Below the pieces are notes generated by a model. The model did no database searches. It was not told the DNA's origin and worked only from the letters and a program-made list of their open reading frames with translations. Both the position numbers and the translations under genes were made by a program. Shown here in pieces: positions 56,179 through 64,000 of a stretch of 64,000 bases of DNA. This DNA is from Deltaproteobacteria bacterium UBA5205 (GTDB taxonomy: Bacteria > Desulfobacterota > Syntrophorhabdia > Syntrophorhabdales > Syntrophorhabdaceae). Where the stretch lies: NCBI GenBank assembly GCA_002412715.1, contig DHVP01000004.1, forward strand, positions 8,707-72,706. Direction: 5' to 3'. How positions within the stretch are numbered: the first letter of the stretch is position 1; every line of letters begins with the position of its first letter.

Positions 56179-57819
56179 ATGATGATCTATCTATCCACTC
56201 TCTTATTGACCCTTCTTGTCACGATCGTCCTGGTTCCAATCACTATCAAGGTATCTGAGATGATCCAGAAGTACGACATGCCGGGCAAGCGTAAGATGCA
56301 TACCGTTCCGGTACCGAGAACGGGTGGTATCGCCATGGCGGTTGCTGTTTTTAGCTCCATGTTGTTGTGGGCACAAGAGAGCTCATTTCTCAGTGCTTAC
56401 GTCATGGGGACGGGCATTATCGTTGTTTTCGGACTTATCGATGACTTCGTAGACCTGCCTTACCGTTACAAATTCGCCGGCCAGTTCCTGGCGGCGTTGG
56501 TCGTTGTTATTTTGGGAGATGTCCAGATTCGCAACCTCGGCAACTTGTTTCCTGGCAGCGGCCAATTGAGTTTATGGATCTCTATTCCAATCACTGTAAT
56601 TGTTATTGTGGGTGTAACGAACGCAATAAATCTGGCAGATGGCCTTGATGGTCTTGCGGGCGGTATTTGCATCCTCAGTTTTTGCTGTACCGGCTACATT
56701 GCCTATTTGAGTAACAACACGGACATTTCACTCCTTGCAGTTGCGCTTGTTGGTTCTATATTCGGGTTTCTGAAATACAACACATATCCAGCCTCCATTT
56801 TCATGGGTGATACAGGAAGCCAGTTCCTCGGTTTTTCTCTTGTGACCACCACGGTATCGATGACTCAGACTGGTACGGGTTTGAGCCCTCTTTTGCCGAT
56901 GATAATCTTCGGGTTTCCTGTCCTCGACACGGCCGTTGTCATGCTGGAGCGTATCGGCGCGGGAAGGTCTCCCTTCAATGCGGATAAGAACCATTTCCAC
57001 CATAAACTTATCCGCATTGGTCTTGTTCATAAAGAGGCAGTGTTCGTTATCTATCTCCTGCAGGCGCTTCTGGTCGTATCTGCTTTTGTCTTCAGACACT
57101 ATTCGGACTGGTTCCTGTTGATCGGCTACGGTATTTTTGTCGACATAGTTGTAATAGGTTTTTTTGCAGCGGAGATCACCAGGTGGAAGGCAAAGCGCTA
57201 CACGTTTCTCGACAAACACGTCAAGGGAAAACTGGCAAAGATCAAAAAGAGGGGGGTATGGATCATCTTCTCGTTCAAGATCGTCGAGTATGGCATACCA
57301 CTGCTTCTCTTTGTTACCACTCTTCTGCCCGCAACCGTGCCGGGATACTTTTCCTACATCGCGGCAGGTCTACTTATCCTCACCACCGTGATCGCATTTA
57401 CGAAGAAGAAATGGCTCAAATGGTTCCTCATGGCCGACCTTTACATAGTGATACCGCTCATCGTCTTTTTCAGCACGCAATCGGCCGATCCCTTTGTGAC
57501 GCAGTTCCTGATGTGGGCATACAACTGCGCTTTCATTGTGTTGGTCTTCTTTGTGATTATGACCTTGAGGCTGACCCGGAGGAGGAGCGGTTTCAAGGTG
57601 ACTCCCATGGACTTCCTCATAGTATTTATAGCGATAATTGCTCCATTTGTTTCAGGGGTCTATGGACAAAACAAACAAGTGACCTTTGTAGCTGCCAAGA
57701 CGGTAATGCTTTTCTTCAGCTACGAAGTGCTTATTGGCGAATTGAGGGGAGAATACAGGGGGCTGGTTCTTTTTACCATGTGCTCTCTGGCTGTGATAGT
57801 AGCCAGGGGGCTGGTGTGA
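56179..57819 (+). CDS. Polyprenyl-phosphate N-acetylhexosamine-1-phosphate transferase (MraY/WecA family) with a ~200-aa extra membrane domain
   Basis: GLIDDFVDLPYRYKF, VTNAINLADGLDGLAGG, MGDTGSQFLGF and HFHHKLI motifs. 546 aa, versus about 350 aa for typical WecA. Confidence 0.8.
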   Translation: MMIYLSTLLLTLLVTIVLVPITIKVSEMIQKYDMPGKRKMHTVPVPRTGGIAMAVAVFSSMLLWAQESSFLSAYVMGTGIIVVFGLIDDFVDLPYRYKFAGQFLAALVVVILGDVQIRNLGNLFPGSGQLSLWISIPITVIVIVGVTNAINLADGLDGLAGGICILSFCCTGYIAYLSNNTDISLLAVALVGSIFGFLKYNTYPASIFMGDTGSQFLGFSLVTTTVSMTQTGTGLSPLLPMIIFGFPVLDTAVVMLERIGAGRSPFNADKNHFHHKLIRIGLVHKEAVFVIYLLQALLVVSAFVFRHYSDWFLLIGYGIFVDIVVIGFFAAEITRWKAKRYTFLDKHVKGKLAKIKKRGVWIIFSFKIVEYGIPLLLFVTTLLPATVPGYFSYIAAGLLILTTVIAFTKKKWLKWFLMADLYIVIPLIVFFSTQSADPFVTQFLMWAYNCAFIVLVFFVIMTLRLTRRRSGFKVTPMDFLIVFIAIIAPFVSGVYGQNKQVTFVAAKTVMLFFSYEVLIGELRGEYRGLVLFTMCSLAVIVARGLV

Positions 57820-57846
57820 TTTATCGGAATGCGTGGAGGTAACATC

Positions 57847-60255
57847 ATGGTTTGCATTAACAGGATTTTCATGAAGCTAACCATTGTGGTGTTGGTGTTT
57901 CTTCTTGCCGGTTGCAGCGGGCCTGAGGCCAAGAAGATTAAGTTTCTTGAGAAAGGAAAGAATTTCTATGAACAGGGTGAATACATCAAGGCAAGGCTGG
58001 AACTCAAGAACGCCATACAGATAGATCCGAAATTCACTGAGGCGCATTATGTTCTTGGTCTGGTCGCCGTGAAAACAGACGATCTCAGGGGCGCTTTTTC
58101 CGAGTTTGCGAAGGCTATCGAACTGGACCCGGGTCATAAGGACGCACACGTCGAACTGGGAAAGATCTATCTTGTGGCGAAGGCCACAGACAAGGCTACC
58201 GAAGAGGCAGATCTGGTCCTGAAAGCTGACCCGAAAAATCAGGGTGCCCTCCTTCTCAAGGCTGCCATCATGATAGCGAGCAACGATAACGAGACAGCAA
58301 TTTCTTGCCTTAACGGACTCTTGCAGGACGGATCGAAAGACCAGGATGTTTTCCTACTTCTGGCCGGTGTGTATATGCGTAAGGGCTTGGTCTCCGAAGC
58401 AGAAGCTATCCTTAAGAAAGGAATAGTGGCACGCCCCAGGTCGGTTATGCTTTATAGCACCCTTGGAGATTTTTATTTGAAAAACAGAAGAGTCGAGGAC
58501 GCCCTTTCAATCGCGAGAAAGCTTGTCGAAATCGAACCCGATCAACCGCGACATAAGCTCACCATTGCGAGCCTCTATTGGGACTCCGGCAAGCAGGACA
58601 AGTCGCGCGAAACGTTGAAAGAACTTTTATCGATGAGTTCCCGAAACGAGGAAACCTGGGTTCAGGTTGCCACATTCTATATATCAAAAAAGCGTCCGGA
58701 CGAAGCAGAGGCAATTCTGAAGGACGGGATGCAAAAAATTCCCGGGAGCTTTGCGATTCGTTTCGCTCTGAGCGATGTCTATCTCAACACGGAAAGGTCC
58801 GATGACGCCGTGGCATTACTGAAGGAAACGGCCGCCCTCAAAAAGAGCGGTGAGGACAAGAACATCATCCAGGCAAAAAACACTTTGGCCCGGGTCTACC
58901 TTTTACGTCACGAGATAACTCAGGCCCAAAAACTCGTCGAAGAAGTGATCAAGGATAACCCCAGGGATGTCGAGGCACATTACCTGAGAGGTGATACATT
59001 TCTTGCCCTTGGAGAAGGCATAAAGGCTATCTCCGAGTTTCGCACTGTAGTTACGGAACGGCCCGAGTTTGTATCGGGATACGTCAAGCTTGCCGAGGCT
59101 CACGTCATGGCCGGTGAAATCAATCTTGCCGTTGATACTCTTCAAAATGCCCTCAATGCTCAGCCAAACTCAAAAGAGGCCATCCGCGCCCTTGGCAAAG
59201 CCTATGCTTTGCAGGGAGATTTCAGGAAAGCTGAATCACGCATGCGTAAGGCCATCGAGGAGAACCCAGACGATCTGGAGGCAAAGGCCGATCTCGGGGA
59301 CCTCTTTATGGCAATGAAAGAATATGCCAGGGCAGAGATCCTCTATAGCGATATCAAGAAAAAAGAGCCGAAGAATCCGTATGGTTACGTTAAGACAGGG
59401 GATCTCATGACCGCCCAGGATAAATGGGACCGTGCGGCGAAGGAATACGAGCAGGCCTACGCACTAAACCCTTCGTCGACGCGACTTCTGGAGTTAGCCG
59501 TGCTTGCCCTTATGAAAACGAAGGACTACCAGGGTGCTCTTTCCTTGTGCGAGAAAAAGATACGCGAGACCCCGAAAGATGCCGTTGCCTATGATCTGAT
59601 GGGACGGGTTTATGTAGTTCAGAAAGACATGAGGCGAGCCGAGGAATCCTTCCAGAAAGCAATCTCTCTTCAGCCGCTTCTGTCAGCAGCGCACAACGAT
59701 CTTGCCAGGCTCTATGTAATAGAAGGCCGGACAGCTGAGGCCATTCAGAAACTTGAGGGATCGATCAAGGCGAACCCGGAAAACACCGGGGCCTACCTTT
59801 CGCTGGCCCGGGTCTACGGACAAAGCGGCGACTATAAGAAATCCATCCTTCTTTACGAGAAGATCTTGAAGAAGGAGCCAAACCTCTGGGTTGCCCTCAA
59901 CGATCTCGCATTCCTGTTGAGCGAATATGGAAATTCCAAAAAAGATCTCAATAGGGCATTGGAGCTTGCCCTGCATGCCCGGAAGCAAAGGCCCGATGAG
60001 CCGGCCGTACTGGATACACTCGGATGGATATATTACAAGAAAGGCGATGCCAACACTGCCCTTGGATTAATCGAGAATGCCAGCGGGAAGAACCCGAAAA
60101 GCCCTGTTATCAATTATCATCTGGGGATGACCTATCGGAAGCTGGGAAAAACAGCCGAAGCAAAAGAACATTTGAGAAAAGCCCTGCAAAACAAGGAAAG
60201 CTTTCCCGGCAGGGATGAAGCAAAAAAAGCGCTGGGAGAGTATGAAAGGAGATGA
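57847..60255 (+). CDS. prsT: PEP-CTERM-system TPR-repeat lipoprotein (PrsT-like)
   Basis: A GGAGG RBS precedes the ATG at 57847. Lipobox FLLAGCSG. About 20 consecutive TPR units over about 800 aa. Positioned next to the exosortase and export genes. Confidence 0.8.
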   Translation: MVCINRIFMKLTIVVLVFLLAGCSGPEAKKIKFLEKGKNFYEQGEYIKARLELKNAIQIDPKFTEAHYVLGLVAVKTDDLRGAFSEFAKAIELDPGHKDAHVELGKIYLVAKATDKATEEADLVLKADPKNQGALLLKAAIMIASNDNETAISCLNGLLQDGSKDQDVFLLLAGVYMRKGLVSEAEAILKKGIVARPRSVMLYSTLGDFYLKNRRVEDALSIARKLVEIEPDQPRHKLTIASLYWDSGKQDKSRETLKELLSMSSRNEETWVQVATFYISKKRPDEAEAILKDGMQKIPGSFAIRFALSDVYLNTERSDDAVALLKETAALKKSGEDKNIIQAKNTLARVYLLRHEITQAQKLVEEVIKDNPRDVEAHYLRGDTFLALGEGIKAISEFRTVVTERPEFVSGYVKLAEAHVMAGEINLAVDTLQNALNAQPNSKEAIRALGKAYALQGDFRKAESRMRKAIEENPDDLEAKADLGDLFMAMKEYARAEILYSDIKKKEPKNPYGYVKTGDLMTAQDKWDRAAKEYEQAYALNPSSTRLLELAVLALMKTKDYQGALSLCEKKIRETPKDAVAYDLMGRVYVVQKDMRRAEESFQKAISLQPLLSAAHNDLARLYVIEGRTAEAIQKLEGSIKANPENTGAYLSLARVYGQSGDYKKSILLYEKILKKEPNLWVALNDLAFLLSEYGNSKKDLNRALELALHARKQRPDEPAVLDTLGWIYYKKGDANTALGLIENASGKNPKSPVINYHLGMTYRKLGKTAEAKEHLRKALQNKESFPGRDEAKKALGEYERR

Positions 60256-60853
60256 CATATTGAAAGGCGTATTGCTGATTCTGTGTGTTCTTATGGTATT
60301 GGGCGGTTGCGCGACCGGGGGGAACGTAACGCGGCCGGATACCGGGGTTGTCCAATCGGAGAAGCCTGGCGACGACTACATCATAGGCTCCGGGGATATC
60401 CTCGACATTTCGCTCTGGAAGGACGAGGCCATGACGAAGCAGGTTACCGTTTTGACTGATGGCAATGTAGTCTTTCCCCTTATTGGTGAGGTGCAAGCGG
60501 CCGGCAGAACCATCGCCGAGGTAAAGCAGGATATGATAGAGCGGCTTAAAGAATACGTCCCCGAGCCCGTGTTGAACGTGGATGTCAAGCAGGTTAATAG
60601 CATGATCGTCTACGTGACCGGTCGGGTCACGACACCGGGCCGTTATCCCGTCAATACCAGGGTAACGGTTCTCCAGGCCCTGTCCATAGCCGGTGGCGTT
60701 AATGTGTTCGCAAAACGCAACAAGATAAAGATATTCCGCCAGGAAGGCAATACGACCATTACATATCCCTTCAATTATGATCAAGTGGTGGATGGGGTAA
60801 ATCTGCAGCAGAACATAGTCCTCAAACGAGGGGATGTTATAGTAGTTCCATAG
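60242..60853 (+). CDS. Polysaccharide export outer-membrane/periplasmic protein (Wza/EpsE-like; Poly_export + SLBB)
   Basis: Lipobox MVLGGCAT, YIIGSGDILDISLW, PLIGEVQAAGRT..EVKQDM and SLBB-like GRVTTPGRYP. Overlaps the prsT end by 14 nt. Confidence 0.85.
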   Translation: MKGDDILKGVLLILCVLMVLGGCATGGNVTRPDTGVVQSEKPGDDYIIGSGDILDISLWKDEAMTKQVTVLTDGNVVFPLIGEVQAAGRTIAEVKQDMIERLKEYVPEPVLNVDVKQVNSMIVYVTGRVTTPGRYPVNTRVTVLQALSIAGGVNVFAKRNKIKIFRQEGNTTITYPFNYDQVVDGVNLQQNIVLKRGDVIVVP

Positions 60854-60857
60854 GGAC

Positions 60858-62132
60858 TTGTTTCAGTCTCTCAATTTGCAACCCGGAACCTTTTCTTTAT
60901 TGATTCGGAGGCTGGAAATAGGACTCAGGTTTGTAGATAGCTGGACATGTTTTCTTGTAATCATTCTTTGCGCGGTGTCTTTCCCCGGGATAGGCCGGGC
61001 TGATGAGATCAAGTTGACTCCGTCTGTTGCAGTTAAAGAGGAGTACAATGACAACATACTTTACGGTTCCTCTGAGACGCAAAAAGACTTCTATACTACC
61101 TTTTCCCCGGGTCTAACCTTTCTCGAAAAGACTGAAAGGCTGCAGATGGATCTCTCTGGCCGGGCTGAAAGAAGGATCTATTCAAAATACAGCGAGCTAA
61201 ATGCAACGGACCAGTTCTATAATGGAAGCGGTCAGTACTCCCTGACGGAACGCCTGGGTATAACGGGAAGGGCGGAGTATTCGCAGGACTCTCGGCCGGA
61301 CCGCGATCTCGAGACCACGGGCCTGGCATTCACCGGGGTGACCCGGTATCGTCAGAGCTACGGTTTTGGATCAAACTACCTGTTGTCCGAGATATTGCTC
61401 GCTACTTTTTCGTATGATTACTCGAACGATACTTACAACGATCCCCGCTATAGCGATATGGAAGCACACGTGTTCGGGATGGGAGTTGTCCACGATCTGA
61501 ATTATTTTATGCAAAAGACACAGGCCAGGACGAATATCAAATATGCAAGGTACAACATACCCAATCTGCGACTGGACAATTACGAATGGACTGCGGGTAT
61601 TAACAGGGCGCTTGATGAGAAATGGAACCTCTTGATCGATGTGGGTCTGCGCTACACCGACTCCAGTTTTACGTACGCCGAATTTATTCCTATCCCGCCG
61701 TTTTATACCAATAGATATGAGAATAATCAGGATTGGGGGGCAGTGGGACAACTGGCCCTGACGTATAAAGGACTTAAGAATTCGGGCGACGTGAGGATAA
61801 ATCACGACATCATGCCTGCGAGCGGTCAATCGGGAACAACAGAACGGACGAGTTTTCTCTTCAATCTGACCACGAGATTGACGTACGAATTCCGTTGCGC
61901 GCTCAGTGGAGGCTATTTCATGAATAAGTCCCAAGCGGGCCAATACTCGGTTCAGCAAATCGATGAGACTAGCATCTGGATCAGCCCCGACCTTATCTAT
62001 GAATATTCAAAAGATGTCTCTTTTAGTTTTTCTTATTCCTATAACAAAACGTACTATCACATAACCAACACAGACGCCGAGCGAAACGTTTTCCAGATAC
62101 GCTACAAGATTCAACACGACCTCTTCCATTGA
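60858..62132 (+). CDS. Predicted outer-membrane beta-barrel protein, PEP-CTERM-locus associated
   Basis: Signal-like FLVIILCAVSFPGIGRA and alternating-hydrophobic beta strands throughout. An aromatic residue lies near the C-terminus (QHDLFH). The start codon is uncertain. Family assignment is from memory of exosortase loci. Confidence 0.55.
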   Translation: MFQSLNLQPGTFSLLIRRLEIGLRFVDSWTCFLVIILCAVSFPGIGRADEIKLTPSVAVKEEYNDNILYGSSETQKDFYTTFSPGLTFLEKTERLQMDLSGRAERRIYSKYSELNATDQFYNGSGQYSLTERLGITGRAEYSQDSRPDRDLETTGLAFTGVTRYRQSYGFGSNYLLSEILLATFSYDYSNDTYNDPRYSDMEAHVFGMGVVHDLNYFMQKTQARTNIKYARYNIPNLRLDNYEWTAGINRALDEKWNLLIDVGLRYTDSSFTYAEFIPIPPFYTNRYENNQDWGAVGQLALTYKGLKNSGDVRINHDIMPASGQSGTTERTSFLFNLTTRLTYEFRCALSGGYFMNKSQAGQYSVQQIDETSIWISPDLIYEYSKDVSFSFSYSYNKTYYHITNTDAERNVFQIRYKIQHDLFH

Positions 62133-62209
62133 AAAGCTTGCTCAATCAGGATTTGATTTAACAAAACGGTAAATATGTGTATTATTAGTGAAACCTATCG
62201 GGGGTATGA

Positions 62210-63793
62210 ATGGAAGAAGAAGTAAAGACGATACGCGACTATTTTGATATCGTAAAACGCAGGAAATGGGCCTTGGTTTTTCCGGCGTGTGTCATTTTAT
62301 TTCTTGCCTTCATTATAACGTTAATACTGCCTCCCGTCTTCCGGTCCATGTCGACGATTCTTATTGAGGAGCAGGATATACCCCCTGAATACGTAAAAAC
62401 AACTGTATCAGGTTACGCGGAGCAACGCCTTCAATCCATCAGTCAACGAATAATGAGTTCTCAAAGGCTCGTCGAAGTCATCAACCGCTTTAATCTTTAT
62501 CGTGATCTTAGAAGAAAACTCACTATCGACGAAGTCATAGGGATCATGCGGAAGGATATCCGGTTCGAGGCAATCAATGTCGACGTTGTGGACCGTGGCA
62601 GGGGAGGGGCACCGACACCAATGACTATAGCCTTCACTCTTTCCTATGACGGCCGCAATCCCCAGGTGGTCCAGCAGGTAGCGAATGTGTTGGCATCGCT
62701 CTATCTTGAAGAGAATCTGAAGGTGCGTGCAGATAGGGCCAGGGAGGCCTCGAAATTCCTCGATGACGAAACAAAGAATATGCAAGACCAGCTTGCCCAG
62801 GTGGATGCGAAGATAGCGAACTTCAAGGAAAAGCATGTCAATGAATTGCCCGAACTTGTGCCGATCAATATTCAGACCCTCGACAGGGTGGAGCGTGAAG
62901 TTGACATGCTCAAGCAGCAGTTGAGGACGGCGAAAGAACGGGAAGGATATTTGGAATCCCAACTCGCCGGAATACCCGTCGATGCTTCGAGCCAGGACAG
63001 GATACTTCTTAAAGATCTCAAGGCGAAGCTCATTCAACTTAAGAGCAAGTACTCCGACAAGCATCCCGACGTGAAGAAAATGAAGACGGAGATCGCAGAA
63101 CTGGAAGAGAGGGTGAAGGGAACACCTGCAAAGCCGATCGGCGGCAGACAAAGATTCCAGCCGGATGATCAGCCGGACAATCCTGCGTATGTTTCGTTTT
63201 CAGCGCAGCTTTCTTCCATCCAGGCAGAGATTACAACGCTCCAGCGGCAGATTGATGATCTCAATAAGAAACGGAGCGATTATTACCAGAGAATAGAGGC
63301 ATCTCCCAGGGTCGAAGAAGCGTACAAGGCTTTGATGGCGGACCGCAATAACATCCAGACCAAATTCGACGAGATGATGAAGAAGACCATGGAAGCGAGA
63401 GTGGCCCAGGGTCTGGAAAAAGAGCAGATGGGTGAACGCTTCACCATTATCGATCCAGCGAGGCTTCCGGAAAAACCCGTAAAACCGAATGTCCCGGCAA
63501 TACTGCTCATTGGACTTTTTCTCGGTGTCGGCGCCGGTGTCGGCACGGCCGCGATGAAGGAATTTAACGATCGATCCGTAAGAGACCCCAAAGTCCTTAC
63601 AGAACTGCTGCGGCTTCCCGTCCTTGTCACGGTCCCGGTCATCGTTACAGCCAGGGATGTGCTTCGTCAGAAGATCCAGCGCAGGCGTATCACCGTGATT
63701 GCAGCGGCGATCTTTGTCATCGGCCTTATCCTCATACACTTTTTCGTTGTGGACCTTGTTGTTCTGTGGGCGCGCCTGACGAGGCGTCTGTGA
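62210..63793 (+). CDS. Polysaccharide chain-length determinant (Wzz/GumC/EpsF-like)
   Basis: N-terminal Wzz motif YFDIVKRRKWALVFPACVI, a long coiled-coil periplasmic region, a P-rich PEKPVKPN motif and a second TM near the C-terminus. Confidence 0.85.
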   Translation: MEEEVKTIRDYFDIVKRRKWALVFPACVILFLAFIITLILPPVFRSMSTILIEEQDIPPEYVKTTVSGYAEQRLQSISQRIMSSQRLVEVINRFNLYRDLRRKLTIDEVIGIMRKDIRFEAINVDVVDRGRGGAPTPMTIAFTLSYDGRNPQVVQQVANVLASLYLEENLKVRADRAREASKFLDDETKNMQDQLAQVDAKIANFKEKHVNELPELVPINIQTLDRVEREVDMLKQQLRTAKEREGYLESQLAGIPVDASSQDRILLKDLKAKLIQLKSKYSDKHPDVKKMKTEIAELEERVKGTPAKPIGGRQRFQPDDQPDNPAYVSFSAQLSSIQAEITTLQRQIDDLNKKRSDYYQRIEASPRVEEAYKALMADRNNIQTKFDEMMKKTMEARVAQGLEKEQMGERFTIIDPARLPEKPVKPNVPAILLIGLFLGVGAGVGTAAMKEFNDRSVRDPKVLTELLRLPVLVTVPVIVTARDVLRQKIQRRRITVIAAAIFVIGLILIHFFVVDLVVLWARLTRRL

Positions 63794-63833
63794 TGAAGAG
63801 AGAACATATGAGTAGCCACCAGGGAGGCACACA

Positions 63834-64000
63834 TTGAAGGATAAAGGCTTGTTAAAGGATGTCCTGGAAAGAATGAAAGGGTTCTGGGGGAAAATGCCCG
63901 CAGAAGAGATCGTTCCCGTAGAGGCTATATCTCAGGAGTTTACGCAAAAAGAAAAGGAAAATGCCGGATGGGTCTCCCCGAACTACAGCAAATCGAGAAC
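63834..64000 (+). CDS. 5' end of a downstream ORF, possibly the locus tyrosine autokinase (truncated by the window end)
   Basis: A GGGAGG RBS lies 7 nt before the TTG at 63834. The frame stays open to the window end (MKDKGLLKDVLERMKGFWGK...). The function is guessed from usual gene order only. Confidence 0.25.
   Translation, partial: MKDKGLLKDVLERMKGFWGKMPAEEIVPVEAISQEFTQKEKENAGWVSPNYSKSR

Noticed and set aside
57183-57842. 219-aa plus-strand ORF in an alternative frame over the 3' part of the WecA-like gene
   Set aside because: The WecA-like frame encodes regular TM helices through this region. The alternative frame gives an Arg/His/Ser-rich product of unlikely composition.
63793-63837. 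15-codon ORF (MKREHMSSHQGGTH) between the Wzz-like gene and the next gene
   Set aside because: It is too short and has no RBS. The GGGAGG within it more plausibly serves as the Shine-Dalgarno sequence for the TTG start at 63834.

Overview
This 64-kb bacterial chromosomal window is gene-dense, has no rRNA, tRNA or CRISPR that I could find, and is probably from a Desulfobacterota/deltaproteobacterium-like organism (weak inference from gene content). All calls were made by eye from the ORF translations and raw sequence; no searches were run. It falls into three blocks. (1) Positions 1-14.7 kb hold housekeeping and envelope genes: CDF transporter, PBP1A, miaA, scpB, pilT/pilU, a class II aldolase / LsrF-like aldolase / Zn-ADH trio, folK, tatA, def-fmt, mltD and a GNAT. 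(2) Positions 14.7-36.1 kb form an envelope/accessory block. It holds a Zn-ribbon protein and a class III cyclase fused to a cNMP-binding domain. It also holds a four-gene operon of exported proteins built around a caspase-like (C14) protease: DUF4384-like protein, glycine-zipper lipoprotein, BON-caspase, TPR lipoprotein. That operon is transcribed divergently from a 2057-aa secreted protein (Cys-rich module, PKD/Ig-like repeats, TPR modules), which is followed by a small secreted Ig-domain protein and a TMTC/PMT-like GT-C glycosyltransferase. Next come an ECF sigma / anti-sigma / Spy-like operon and a MacAB-type efflux operon with an outer-membrane factor. These two operons are separated by a striking mirror-symmetric control region. 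(3) Positions 36.1-64 kb are a visibly more AT-rich exopolysaccharide locus of the PEP-CTERM/exosortase type. Its genes are a sugar dehydrogenase, LamG-GHL10 protein, Wzy-like and Wzx-like proteins, three GT4 enzymes, AsnB-like amidotransferase, bi-domain oxidoreductase, heparinase II/III-like protein, TagA/WecG, WecB, exosortase-EpsI fusion, WecA-like transferase, PrsT-like TPR lipoprotein, Wza-like exporter, beta-barrel protein and Wzz/GumC-like protein. A long leader precedes it and carries an exact ops-like GGCGGTAGCCTG element. The best candidates for something undescribed are the secreted caspase operon with its giant-protein/glycosyltransferase neighbours, the palindromic dual ECF-type promoter region with a heptad-repeat hairpin, and the ops-like element outside the usual RfaH context.
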